Source: Malacoraja senta (taxonomy: Eukaryota). From it: DNA of 64,000 nucleotides. Positions 35,853 to 48,854 of the stretch are shown piece after piece; position 1 is the stretch's first letter, and each line of letters begins with the position of its first letter. The notes beneath the pieces were generated by a model. That model saw only the letters and a list, made by a program, of their open reading frames with translations, made no database searches and was not told the DNA's origin. Position numbers and translations under genes: made by a program. Location: NCBI GenBank assembly GCA_038087875.1, contig CM075988.1, forward strand, positions 372,001 to 436,000. The letters run 5' to 3'.

Positions 35853-36590
35853 ATGTGTAGATTTGATTACATTTAGTTTAGCTTAGTTAAATATAGTTTT
35901 GTTTAAGTTTATTTTATTTTAATTTAGTTTTGAGTAGTTTTACCTTAGTTTAGCATACTGTCGTGTAGAATAGATTAGTTTAGTGCTACTTTAGTTCCAG
36001 TTTAATTTTTGCTGGGAGAAAGGGGGAGAGACAGAGGAGGAGAGTGGAGAGTGGAGAGTGGAGAGTGAGAGGGGGAGATTCACTGTGCTGGTTGGACAAG
36101 GAGAGAGGGGGGAGAGGGGAAGGGAGAGACAGAAAGAGGGATGAGAGTAAGCTGAGGAGGGAGAAGAGGGAGGAAGAGAGAGAGGGATGGGAAATCCACT
36201 GTACATGTAGGGCAAGGAGCGAGGCGGAGGGGAACAGAGGGGAGAGGGTGGGAGATCCACTATGCGGGTAGGGAGAGGAGAGGGGTGGGAAAGAGAGGGG
36301 GAAGGGAGAGTGGGCCGAGAGAGAGTGGGGAGGGGGAAGAGAGGGATGGGAGATCCATAGAAACATAGAAAATATTTGCAGGAGTAGGACATTCATCCTT
36401 TCGAGCCAATAGGATCATGGCTGACCATCCAAAATCAGTATTCCACAGACTTACAACTCTCTGGGTGAAAAAGTTCTTTCTCATCTCAGTCTTAAATGGG
36501 CCTACCCCTTATTCTTACACAGTGACCCCTGGTTCTGGACTCCTCCAACATCGGGAACATTTCTCCTGCATCTAGCCTGTCCAATCCCTA

Positions 36591-39500
36591 AAGCAACACT
36601 CATAGGGGTGTATTATAGACCGCCAAATGGGGAGCGAGAATTGGAGGAGCAAATATAAGGAGATTGCAGATATTAGTATTAAGCACAAGGTAGTGATTGT
36701 GGCAGATTTCAATTTTCCACACATAGACTGGGAAACACATTCTGTAAATGGGCTGGATGGTTTGGAGTTTGTAAAATGTGTGCAGGATAGTTTTTTGCAG
36801 CAATACATAGAAGTACCTACTAGAGAAGGGGCAGTGCTGGACCTCCTGTTAGGAAATGAGACGGGTCAGGTGGCAGAGGTATGCGTTGGGGAACAGTTCG
36901 GGACCAGTGATCACAATACCATTAGTTTCAATATAATTATGGAGAGGGTCAGAACTGGACCTAGGGTTGAGATTTTTGATTGGAGAAAGGCTAACTTTGA
37001 GGAGATGCGAAAGGATTTAAAAGGAGTAAATTGGGACAGTTTGTTTTATGGGAAAGATGTGGAAGAGAAATGGAGGACTTTAAAGGTGAAATTTTAAGAG
37101 TACAGAATCGGAGGAGGCGCTGTCCTGAACGGCTGCCTGTCCTGCAGCTGTCCGTCTTTTTCCCTTCTTTTTTTAAATTATTAATAGTACGTTTAGTGTG
37201 TAGTCAGGGGGCCTAATCTTTTTATGTGTGGTGGGGGGGAAGGGGGAAACTGTTTTTCGAGTCCCTACCTGGTCGGAGGGGTTGCCTTCCTCCGAGCAGC
37301 GCCTTCAACCTGTCCTTGCGGCCTACCAGCGGGTCCTGGAGCGGCGTTTCCCTGGGGGACCTGGCCAGAACACCAGCTTTGGCGGCGGAGCAGAACATCG
37401 GCTTTGGCGGCGGTGCAGTGCTGGAGCGCTGTCGTGGAGCGGGCGATGCCTTTCCTGGGTCGCCGCGCTGGGACTCCAGTTTGCTGGGACCGCCGATGGG
37501 AACATCGTGGAGCCACGGTTCTGTGGAGCGGCCAGCTGCGACGCTGAACGTTACATCTCGGAGCCTGGGCGAGAATATCGGGCGCCGTGGCGGGACTGTG
37601 GAGGCCTCAGTGGGCCCGACTCTGGGTGGACAAGAGGATGGGGACTGGACTTTGTGCCTTCCCCCACAGTGGGAACCATTGTGGGGGGATGTTTTTGTGT
37701 TGAACTTCTTTTTGAACACTATGTTGTATTTTTATTAGTGTGCTGCACGGACATCTGAATTTCCCCTGAATAAGGGGATTAATAAAGTCTTATCTTATCT
37801 CTTATCTTTATGTCCCTGTTCAGTTGAAAGGAAATAGTAAAAATTGGAAAGAGCCATGGTTTTCAAGGGAAATTGGACACTTAGTTCGGAAAAGAGAGAG
37901 ATCTACAATAATTATAGGCAGCATGGAGTAAATGAGGTGCTTGAGGAGTATAAAAAATGTAAAAAGTGCCTTAAGAAATAAATTAGAAAAGCTAAAAGAA
38001 GATATGAGGTTGCTTTGGCAAGTAAGGTGAAAGTAAATCCAAAGGGTTTCTACAGCTATATTAATAGCAAAAGGATAACGAGGGATAAAATTGGTCCATT
38101 AGAGAGTCAGAGTGGACAGCTATCTGCAGAGCCAAACGAGATGGGGGAGATATTGAACAATTTATTTTCTTCGGTATTCACCAAGGAGAAGGGTATTGAA
38201 TTATGTGAGGTAAGGAAAACAAGTAGAGTAGCTATGAGATTCAAAGAAGAGGAAGTACTGACACTTTTGAGAAATATAAAAGTGGATAAGTCTCCAGGTC
38301 CGGACAGGATATTCCCTAGGACATTGAGGGAAGTTAGTGTAGAAATAGCAGGGGCTATGACAGAAATATTTCAAATATCATTGGAAACGGCAATAGTGCC
38401 GGAGGATTGGCGTACTGCGCATGTTGTTCCATTGTTTAAAAAGGGGTCTAAGAGTAAACCTAGCAATTATAGACCTGTTAGTTTGACGTCAGTGGTGGGC
38501 AAATTAATGGAAAGGATACTTAGAGATAATATATATAAGCATCTGGATAAACAGGGGCTGATTAGGAACAGTCAACATGGATTTGTGCCTGGAAGGTCAT
38601 GTTTGACTAATCTTCTTGAATTTTTTGAAGAGGTTACTCGGGAAATTGATGAGGGTAAAGCCGTGGATGTTGTATATATGGACTTCAGTAAGGCCTTTGA
38701 CAAGGTTCCTCACGGAAGGTTGGTTAAGAAGGTTCAATGGTTGGGTATTAATGGTGGAGTAGCAAGATGGATTCAACAGTGGCTGAATGGGAGATGCCAG
38801 AGAGTAATGGTGGACGGTTGTTTGTCAGGTTGGAGGCCAGTGACTAGTGGGGTGCCACAGGGATCTGTGTTGGGTCCACTGTTGTTTGTCATGTACATCA
38901 ATGATCTGGATGATGGTGTGGTAAATTGGATTAGTAAGTATGCAGATGATACTAAGATAGGTGGGGCTGTGGATAATGAAGTAGATTTTCAAAGTCTACA
39001 GAGAGATTTATGCTGGTTGGAAGAGTGGGCTGAAAGATGGCAGATGGAGTTTAATGCTGATAAGTGTGAGGTGCTACATCTTGGCAGGACAAATCAAAAT
39101 AGGACGTAAATGGTAGGGAATTGAAGAATGCAGGTGAACAGAGGGATCTTGGAATAACTGTGCACAGTTCCTTGAAAGTGGAATCTCATGTAGATAGGTT
39201 GGTAAAGTAAGCTTTTGGTGTGCTGGCTTTTATAAATCAGAGCATTGAGTATAGAAGTTGGGATGTAATGTTAAAATTGTACAAGGCATTGGTGAGGCCA
39301 ATTCTGGAGTATGGTGTACAATTTTGGTCGCCTAATTATAGGAAGGATGTCAACAAAATAGAGAGAGTACAGAGGAGATTTACTAGAATGTTGCCTGGGT
39401 TTCAGCAACTAAGTTACAGAGAAAGGTTGAACAAGTTAGGGCTTTATTCTTTGGAGCGCAGAAGGTTAAGGGGGGACTTGATAGAGGTCTTTAAAATGAT

Positions 39501-39852
39501 GAGAGGGATAGACAGAGTTGACGTGGATAAGCTTTTCCCACTGAGAGTAGGGAAGATTCAAACAAGGGGACATGACTTGAGAATTAAGGGACAGAAGTTT
39601 AGGGGTAACATGAGGGGGAACTTCTCTACTCAGAGAGTGGTGGCTGTGTGGAATGAGCTTCCAGTGAAGGTGGTGGAGGCAGGTTCGTTTTTATCATTTA
39701 AAAATAAATTGGATAGTTATATGGACGGGAAAGGAATGGAGGGTTATGGTCTGAGCGCAGGTAGATGGGACTAGGGGAGAATACGTGTTCGGCGCGGACT
39801 AGAAGGGTCGAGATGGCCTGTTTCCATGCTGTAATTGTTATATGGTTATATG
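36591..39852 (+). mobile_element. Long CR1 (endonuclease C-terminus to 3' tail)
   Basis: YRPP, VADFN, LDLLLG and SDHN; RT ORF 38015-39109 with YADD; (TTATATGG) tail. Confidence 0.93.
37109..37806 (+). mobile_element. Non-coding GC-rich retroposon with Rex1-like 3' tail inserted in CR1
   Basis: Interrupts CR1 at GAATC|TTTATG; ends AATTTCCCC..GGGGATTAATAAAG(TCTTA)n. Confidence 0.65.
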
Positions 39853-41094
39853 TTTCTATTAAATCCCCTCCTATCCTAAATTCCAGTGAATATAAGCCCA
39901 GTCGGTCCATTCATTCATCACATGTCAGTCCCACCATCTCGGGTATTAACCTGGTGAATCTACGCTGCACTCCCTGAATACCAAGAATGTCGTTCCTGAA
40001 ATTAGGAGCCCAAAACTGCACACAATACTCCAGCTGTGGTCTCACCGGGGCCCTGTACAACTGCAGTGGGACCTCCTTGCTCCTACACTCATTCTCTCGC
40101 AATGAAGGCCATCATGCCAGTGGCTTTCTTCACTGCCTGCTTTACCTGCATGCTTACTTTCAGTGACTGATGTACAAGCACACCCAGGTCACGTTGCTCC
40201 TCCCCTTTTTCTAATCTGATACCATTCTGATAATATTCTGCTTTCTTGTTCTTGCCACCAAAGTATATAACCTCACATTTATCCACATTAAACTGCAACT
40301 GCCCACTCACCCAACCTATCCAAGTCACCTTGCAGCCGCATAGCATCCTCCTCACAGCTCACCCTGCCACCCAGCATTGTGTCATCCACAAACTTGGAGG
40401 TTACATTTAATTCCTTTGTCTAAATCGTGAATATATATTGTGAATAATCCACCGTGCAGGTAGGCCGAGGAGAGAGGGGGAGGGGGAGAGAGGTGGCAGA
40501 TCCAGTGTACAGGTAGAGCGAGTTCAGTTTATTTTAAATCTGGTTTCAGTTTATTGCAGTTTTGTTTAAGTTTAGTTTAAAAATGAGAGGGGGACAATAA
40601 TTGTAGTGGTTTAGACTTACTTTTGTTTTGTTTAGAGAGAAGGAGTGGGGAGAGTTCAGTGTCGTTTTATTTAGTTTCAGTAGAGTTTTAGCTTAGCTTA
40701 CGTTTAGTTTAGTTTAATGTAATGTTGTTTAGTTTTAATGTGGAGGAAGGGACTGCTGATCCCGGTTTAAACCGAAGATAGACACAAAGTGCTGGAGAAA
40801 CTCAGCAGGCAGCATCTCTGGAGAGAAGGAATGGGTGAATTTTCGGGTTGAGACCCTTCTTCAGGCTGAGAGTCGGAGGAAAGGGAAACAAAAGATCTCT
40901 CGTTTCCATTTCCCCCTACGGTCTGAATGTCACCCATTCGTTCTCTCCAGAGATGCTGCCTGTCCCATTGAGTTACTTCAGTGCTTTGTGCCTATCTTCT
41001 GTTGTTTGTGTAGTTTCGAGTAGTTTAGATTAAATTAGTTTTTTTTTTGTGTAATTTAGTTTTGCTTTAGTTTAGAGTCAAAGAGTCATACTCA

Positions 41095-42385
41095 TAGATA
41101 CGATACGATACGATAGGATAGAACTTTCTTTATCCCTGGAGGGGAATTGATCTGCCAATAGCCATAAAACACAAAAGACATGAAACATTAAATTAAAGTG
41201 ACGAGTGGAAATGATTCGGAATATATATTGTGAATTGGGGGGGGGGGAGGGGGGAAAGGGAGTCCCTCTACCCCATGATAGAAGGGGGGGGTAGTTGTAC
41301 AGTTTGATAGCCAGAGCGAAGAAGGATCTCCTGTGGCATTCTGTGCTGCATCTTGGTGGAACCAGTCTGTTGCTGAAGGTATTCCTCAGGTTGACCAGTG
41401 TGTCATGGAGGGGAGTGAGCTGTATTGTCCAATGTGCTCCGCAGTTTGAGTAGCATCCTCCCCTCCAAGACTACCTCCCATGACTCAAACTCCGCTCCCA
41501 GGAAGAAGCCAGCCTTCTTGATGAGTTTGTTAATTCTATTGGTGTCTACAACCTTCGCCCTGCTGCCTCAGCACACGGCAGCGTAGAAGATGGCGCTGGC
41601 TACCACAATTGGTGGTCAGCATCTTACTGCCGACATCGAAGAATTTAGGAGATTGAGAGGGGATCTTATAGAAACGTACAAGATTCTTATGGGGTTGGAC
41701 AGGCTAGATGCAGGAAGATTGTTCCCGATGTTGGGGAAGTCCAGGACAAGGGGTCACAGCTTAAGGATAAGGGGAAAATCCTTTAAGACCGAGATGAGGA
41801 TAAACTTTTTCACACAGAGAGTGGTGAATCTCTGGAACTCTCTGCCACAGAGGGTAGTTGAGGCCAGTTCATTGGCTATATTTAAGAGGGAATTAGATGT
41901 GGCCCTTGTGGCTAAAGGGATCAGGGGGTATGGAGAGAAGGCAGGTACGGGATACTGAGTTGGATGATCAGCCATGATCGTATTGAATGGCGGTGCAGGC
42001 TCGAAGGGCCGAATGGCCTACTCCTGCACCTAATTTCTATGTATCTATGTATCTATGAGCCTTCTCAAAAAGGGCAACCGGCTCTGTCCCTTCTTTTAAA
42101 GAGCCTCAGCATTCCTGGACCAATCCAGTTTACTGTCCAGGTCACTCCAAGGTATTTGTACTCCCTGGTAAACTGAACATCCACACTATTGATGGAGACA
42201 GGGGACAGGGGGTGTTCCTCTCCTCCTAAAGTCCACCACTGACTCCTTAGTCTTGTTGGTGTTGAGCTGCAGGTTATTCAGCCCACACCACTCAACAAAG
42301 TCGTTGACTACACCTTTGTATTCAGCTTCCCTCCCCTCACTGATGCAGCCCACAATTACAGTCATCTGAAAACTTCTGCAGGTGG
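41095..42385 (-). mobile_element. Rex1/Babar LINE fragment interrupted by a plus-strand CR1 3' end (41641-42057)
   Basis: EWCGLNNLQLNTNKTKESVVDFRR; (GATAC)n tail at 41097. Confidence 0.82.
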
Positions 42386-42717
42386 CAGAATCATACAGCA
42401 TGGAAACAGGACCTTTGGTCCAACTTGCCCACACCAAGCAACATGTCCCATCTATGCTAGTCCCACCTGCTTACATATGGCCCATATTCCTCTAAACCTG
42501 TCCTATCCATGTATCTCTCTAAAAGTTTCTTTAAAATTATGATAGTACTTGCCTCAACTATCCCCTGTGGCAGCTCGTTCCTTACACCCACCAGCATTTG
42601 TGTGAAAAGATTACCCCTCAGGTTCCTAGTAAATATTCCCCCCTTCAGCTTGAATATATGTCCCTTGGTTCTCGATTCCCCTACTCTGGACAAGAGACTC
42701 TGTGCATCTACCCGATC

Positions 42718-45275
42718 TATAGAAACATAGAAACATAGAAATTAGGTGCAGGAGTAGGCCATTCGGCCCTTCGAGCCTGCACCGCCATTCAATATGATCA
42801 TGGCTGATCATCCAACTCAGTATCCCATACCTGCCTTCTCTCCATACACTCTGATCCCTTTAGCCACAAGGGCCACATCTAACTCGCTCTTAAATATAGC
42901 CAATGAACTGGCCTCGACTACCCTCTGTGGCAGAGAGTTCCAGAGATTCACCACTCTCTGTGTGAAAAAAGTTCTTCTCATCTCGGTTTTAAAGGATTTC
43001 CCCCTTATCCTTAAGCTGTGACCCCTTGTCCTGGACTTCCCCAACATCGGGATCAATCTTCCTGCATCTAGCCTGTCCAACCCCTTAAGAATTTTGTAAG
43101 TTTCTATAAGATCCCCTCTCAATCTCCTAAATTCTAGAGAGTATAAACCAAGTCTATCCAGTCTTTCTTCTTAAGACAGTCCTGACATCCCAGGAATCAG
43201 TCTCGTGAACCTTCTCTGCACTCCCTCTATGGCAATTATGTCCTTCCTCAGATTTGGAGACCAAAACTGTACGCAATACTCCAGTTGTGGTCTCACCAAG
43301 ACCCTGTACAACTGCAGTAGAACTTCCCTGCTCCTATACAGGCTAGATGCAGGAAGATTGTTCCCGATGTTGGGGAAGTCCAGGACAAGGGGTCACAGCT
43401 TAAGGATAAGGGGGAAATCCTTTAAGACCGAGATGAGGAAAAACTTTTTCACACAGAGAGTGGTGAATCTCTGGAACTCTCTGCCACAGAGGGTAGTTGA
43501 GGCCAGTTCATTGGCTATATTTAAGAGGGAATTAGATGTGGTCCTTGTGGCTAAAGGGGTCAGGGGGTATGGAGAGAAGGCAGGTACGGGATACTGAGTT
43601 GGATGATCAGCCATGATCGTATTGAATGGCGGTGCAGGCTCGAAGGGCCGAATGGCCTACTCCTGCACCTATTTTCTATGTATCTATGTATCTATGTATA
43701 CTCAAATCCTTTTGCTATGAAAGCTAACATACCATTCTCTTTCTTCACTGCCTGCTGCACGTGCATGCCTACTTTCAATGACTGGTGTACCATGACACCC
43801 AGGTCTCGCTGCATCTCCCCTTTTCCTAGTCGGCCACCATTTAGATAATAGTCTGCTTTCCTGTTTTTGCCACCAAAATGGATAACCTCACATTTATCCA
43901 CATTATACTGCATCTGCCAAACATTTGCCCACTCACCCAGCCTATCCAAGTCACCTTGCAGTCTCCTAGCATCCTCCTCACAGCTAACACTGTCATCCAG
44001 CTTAGTGTCATCCGCAAACGTGGAGATATTGCCTTCAATTCCCTCATCCAGATCATTAATATATATTGTAAATAGCTGGGGTCCCAGCACTGAGCCTTGC
44101 GGTACCCCACTAGTCACTGCCTGCCATTGTGAAGAGGACCCGTTTACTCCTACTCTTTGCTTCCTGTTTGCCAGCCAGTTCTCTATCCACATCAATACAG
44201 AACCTCCAATGCCATGTGCTTTAAGTTTGTATACTAATCTCTTATGTGGGACCTTGTCGAAAGCCTTCTGGAAGTCCAGATACACCACATCCACTGGTTC
44301 TCCCCTATCCACGCTACTAGTTACATCCTCGAAAAATGCTATAAGATTCGTCAGACATGATTTACCTTTCGTAAATCCATGCTGACTTTGTCCAATGATT
44401 TCACCACTTTCCAAATGTGCTGCTATCCCATCTTTAATAACTGACTCTAGCAGTTTCCCCACTACCGATGTTAGACTAACTGGTCTGTAATTCCCCGTTT
44501 TCTCTCTCCCTCCCTTCTTAAAAAGTGGGGTTACGTTTGCTACCCGCCAATCCCCAGGAACTACTCCAGAATCTAAAGAGTTTTGAAAGATTATTACTAA
44601 TGCATCCACTATTTCTGGAGCTACTTCCTTAAGTACTCTGGGATGCAGCCTATCTGGCCCTGGGGATTTATCGGCCTTTAATCCATTCAATTTACCCAAC
44701 ACCACTTCCCGACTAACCTGGATTTCACTCAATTCCTCCAACTCCTTTGACCCGCGGTCCCCTGCTATTTCCGGCAGATTATTTATGTCTTCCTTAGTGA
44801 AGACGGAACCAAAGTAATTATTCAATTGGTCCGCCATATCCTTGTTCCCCATGATCAACTCACGTGTTTCTGACTGCAAGGGACCTACATTTGTTTTAAC
44901 TAATCTCTTTCTTTTCACATATCTATAAAAACTTTTGCAGTCAGTTTTTATGTTCCCTGCCAGTTTTCTTTCATAATCTATTTTTCCTTTCCTAATTAAG
45001 CCCTTTGTCCTCCTCTGCTGGTCTCTGAATTTCTCCCAGTCCTCCGGTATGCTGCTTTTTCTGGCTAATTTGTAGGCATCATCCTTCGCTTTGATACCAT
45101 CCCTGATTTCCCTTGTTATCCACGGATGCACTACCTTCCCTGATTTATTCTTTTGCCAAACTGGGATGAACAATTTTTGTAGTTCATCCATGCAGTCTCT
45201 AAATGTCTTCCATTGCATATCCACCGTCAACCCTTTTAGAATTAATTGCCCGTCAATCTTGGCCAATTCACGTCT
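42718..45275 (-). mobile_element. Young CR1 with open RT (ORF 43692-45266), itself split by an antisense CR1 3' end at 43339-43697
   Basis: Near-identical to 11395-13113; host resumes at CTCCTATA|CTCAAATCC. Confidence 0.93.
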
Positions 45276-45614
45276 CTGTCTATTCCGCTATGTCTATTCC
45301 GCTCATGATTTTATACAACTCCATAATATTACCCCTCAGCCTCCTGAGCAAGGAATTAAGTCCTAGCCTACTCAACCTCTCCCTGTAGCTCAGGCCGTCG
45401 AGTCCTGGCAACATCCGCGTAAATCTTCTCTGCACCTTTTCAAAATTGACTATATCCTTCCTATAGCAGGATGACCAGACCTGAACACAATACTCTAACT
45501 CTGGCCTCATCAATGTCTTATATAACTGCGATATAACCTCCCAACTTCTATACTCAATACTCTGACTGATGAAGGCCCTTGTGCCGAATGCATTCTTGAT
45601 CACCCAGTCTACCT

Positions 45615-47025
45615 AGAGTAAACCTAGCAATTATAGACATGTTAGATTGACATCAGTGGTGGGCAAATTAATGGAAAAGATACTTAGAGATAATATATAT
45701 AAGCATCTGGATAAACAGGGTCTGATTAGGAACAGTCAACATGGATTTGTGCCTGGAAGGTCATGTTTGACTAATCTTCTTGAATTTTTTGAAGAGGTTA
45801 CTAGGGAAATTGATGAGGGTAAAGCAGTGGATGTTGTCTATATAGACTTCAGTAAGGCCTTTGACAAGGTTCCATATGTAAGGTTGGTTAAGAAGGTTCA
45901 ATAGTTGGGTATTAATAGTGGAGTAGCAAAATGGATTCAACAGCGGCTGAATGGGAGATGCCAGAGAGTAATGGTGGATAATTGTTTTTCAGGTTGGAGG
46001 CCGGTGACTAGTGGGGTGCCTCAGGGATCTGTGTTGGGTCCACTGTTGTTTGTCATATACATCAATGACCTGGATGATGGTGTGGTAAATTGGATTAGTA
46101 AGTATGCAGATGATACTAAGATAGGTGGTGTTGGGGATAATGAAGTAGATTTTCAAAGTCTACAGAGAGATTTAGGCCATTTGGAAGAGTGGGCTGAAAG
46201 ATGGCAGATGGAGTTTAATGCTGATAAGTGTGAGGTGCTACATCTTGGCAGGACAAATCAAAATAGGACGTCCATGGTAATTGGTAGCGAATTGGGGAAT
46301 GCAGTTGAACAGAGGGATCTAGGAATAACTGTGCATAGTTCCCTGAAGGTGGAATCTCATGTAGATAGGGTGATAAAGAAAGCTTTTGGTGTGCTGGCCT
46401 TTATAAATCAAAGCATTGAGTATAGAAGTTGGGATGTAATGTTAAAATTGTACAAGGCATTGGTGAGGCCAATTCTGGAGTATGGTGTACAATTTTGGTC
46501 ACCAAATTATAGGATATATGTCAACAAAATAGAGAGAGTACAGAGGAGATTTACTAGAATGTTGCCTGGGTTTCAGCACCTAAGTTACAGAGAAAGGTTG
46601 AACAAGTTAGGTCTTTATTCTTTCGAGCGCAGAAGGTTAAGGGGGGACTTGATAGAGGTCTTTAAAATTATGAGAGGGATAGACAGAATTGACGTGGATA
46701 AGCTTTTTCTATGAGAGTAGGGAAGATTCAAACAAGAGGACATGATTTGAGAATTAAGGGACAAAAGTTTAGGGGTAACATGAGGGGGAACTTCTTTACT
46801 CAGAGAGTGGTAGCTGTGTGGAATGAGCTTCCAGTGGAAGTGGTGGAGGCAGGTTCGATTTTATCATTTAAAAATAAATTGGATAGGTATATGGACGGGA
46901 AAGGAATGGAGGGTTATGGTCTGAGTGCAGGTAGATGGGACTAGGTGAGAGTAAGTGTTCGGCACGGACTAGAAGGGCCGAGATGGCCTGTTTCCATGCT
47001 GTAATTGTTATATGGTTATATGGTT
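45615..47025 (+). mobile_element. 5'-truncated CR1 (same family as 36591-39852)
   Basis: RT motifs and (TTATATGG) tail. Confidence 0.92.
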
Positions 47026-47064
47026 ACCTGTGACACCACTTTCAGGGAACTATGTACCTGCACT

Positions 47065-48460
47065 ATGTACCAAAATACTATTTTAGAAACTTTCCAATCA
47101 GGTTTCAGGGCTCACCACAGCACAGAGTTTGCCTTGTTGAAGTTACACAATGACCTACTGGTCACCGTTGACTCCGGCGACTGTGCAATTCTGCTCTTTC
47201 TTGACCTCAGCGCAGCATTTGATACTGTCGACCACACCATCCTAATTGACCGTCTATGGTACGGGGTTGATATTGATGGCACTGCCCTGAGCTGGTTCAT
47301 CTCCTACCTCAAAGGTAGGAGTTTCTCTACCAACATAGGCAACTCTTTCTCCTCCCCCGCTAATCTCTGCTGTAGGGTTCCACAAGGTTCCATCCTTGGC
47401 CCCATTCTCTTCTCCCTGTATATGTTCCCCTTAGGCCAAGTCATTGAAAGGCACGGCATTTCCTTCCATTACTACGCAGACGATACACAACTCTATCTCC
47501 CCCTGAAGCCCAAAAACCAATCAAATCTGCTTAACCTTACCTACTGCCTCGAGGATATAAAGTGTTGGATGGCCCAGAACTTCCTCCAACTAAACGAGAG
47601 TAAGTCTGAGGTCATCTTTCTCGGCCCCTCGGACTCAATCAAAATGATAGCAGGCAGCCTTGACAGCCTTACCCCACTACTCAAGCCTCATGTCAAAAAC
47701 CTTGGCGTGATATTTGACTCGGCACCGAAATTTGACAAACAAGTCAATGCCGTGGTAAAAGCTAGCTTCTTTCAGCTTCGGACGATAGCTAAAATAAAAC
47801 AATTCCTCCAGTTTGATGACCTCGAAAAGATCATCCACACATTCATCTCCTCCCGCCTAGATTACTGCAACTCCCTTTACACTGGCATCAGCCAATCTTC
47901 CCTGTCCCGCCTGCAACTGGTCCTAAACGCCGCAGCGAGACTCCTGACGGGCACCCGAAAAAGGGACCACATCACCCCGATCCTGGCCTCTCTCCACTGG
48001 CTCCCTGTGCGGTTCCGTATAAACTTCAAGATCCTCCTCCATGTCTACAAAGCCCTCAATGGGCTTGCCCCCACCTACATAAAAAGTCTTCTCACCCACC
48101 ACTTCACCTCCAGGCCCCTCAGATCGGCCGACTTGGGGTTGCTGAATATCCCACGGTCTAGGCATAAGCTCAGGGGTGACCGCGCCTTTGCGGTTGCAGC
48201 CCCTAGACTGTGGAACAGCATCCCCTTTCCCATCAGAACTGCCCCCTCCATCGACTCTTTTAAGTCGAGACTAAAAACCTATCTATACTCCCAAGCCTTT
48301 CCTGACATCCTCTGAGTGAGGGCTACATGTATATATGTATGTAGTTTGTTTTGTTTATGCTATTCTTATAACAAATGTAAAGCACTTTGGCCAACGAGAG
48401 TTGTTTTTTAAATGTGCTATATAAATAAATGTGACATGACATGTGACTTGACTTGACTTG
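47065..48460 (+). mobile_element. L2-clade LINE, 5'-truncated, with open RT frame
   Basis: FQSGFRAHHSTE, LDLSAAFDTVDH, PQGSILGP, YADDTQLY, SRLDYCNSL and LHWLP; (GACTT)n tail. Confidence 0.93.
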
Positions 48461-48643
48461 CCCTCCTCGATCCCTCTGCTCACAGTCACTGGGAAGGTCC
48501 AGCCCATGTTAGGCATTCTAAATGTCTTTCAATGTAACTCCCAGCTTCTGTACTCATTGCCCTGACCGATGAAGGCCAATGTGCCAAAAGTATTCTTGAC
48601 ATGACCTGATGTCTTTCAAAATCACCTGGGAGCTCAGGAACAC

Positions 48644-48732
48644 AAAATTCCCCGTATTGTGGAGAATTCCGAGAATATTTGGGGACTTGCCCAGTAATCT
48701 CATTGTCAACAAGATTGTAAAGTTTCACTTTT
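48644..48732 (+). promoter_or_regulatory. Candidate cytokine-responsive motif cluster (kB-like, GAS, ISRE-like)
   Basis: AAAATTCCCC, TTCCGAGAA 48667-48675, GGGGACTTGCC 48681-48691 and AGTTTCACTTTT 48721-48732 in a small non-repeat island. Confidence 0.4.
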
Positions 48733-48854
48733 ACTTGTGAGTGAGTAAGGAGACAGTTTATTGGAACATTGAACAGTACAGTTCTATGTCGACGAGATAT
48801 CGAGATATCCCTGCACTGTACTTCTCTGACTAGTAGCACTGTTTGTGAAGTTGA

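Larger units (their letters stand above)
36356..40447 (-). mobile_element. CR1 (36356-36590 plus 39853-40447) split by an opposite-strand CR1
   Basis: 3' tail at 36356; RT C-terminal motifs resume at 39853. Confidence 0.8.
42388..47064 (-). mobile_element. Older CR1 3' part (42388-42720, 45276-45614, 47026-47064) hosting younger insertions
   Basis: Collinear pieces: ORFs 42457-42693 and 45280-45603; TACCT duplicated around the 45615-47025 insert. Confidence 0.8.
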
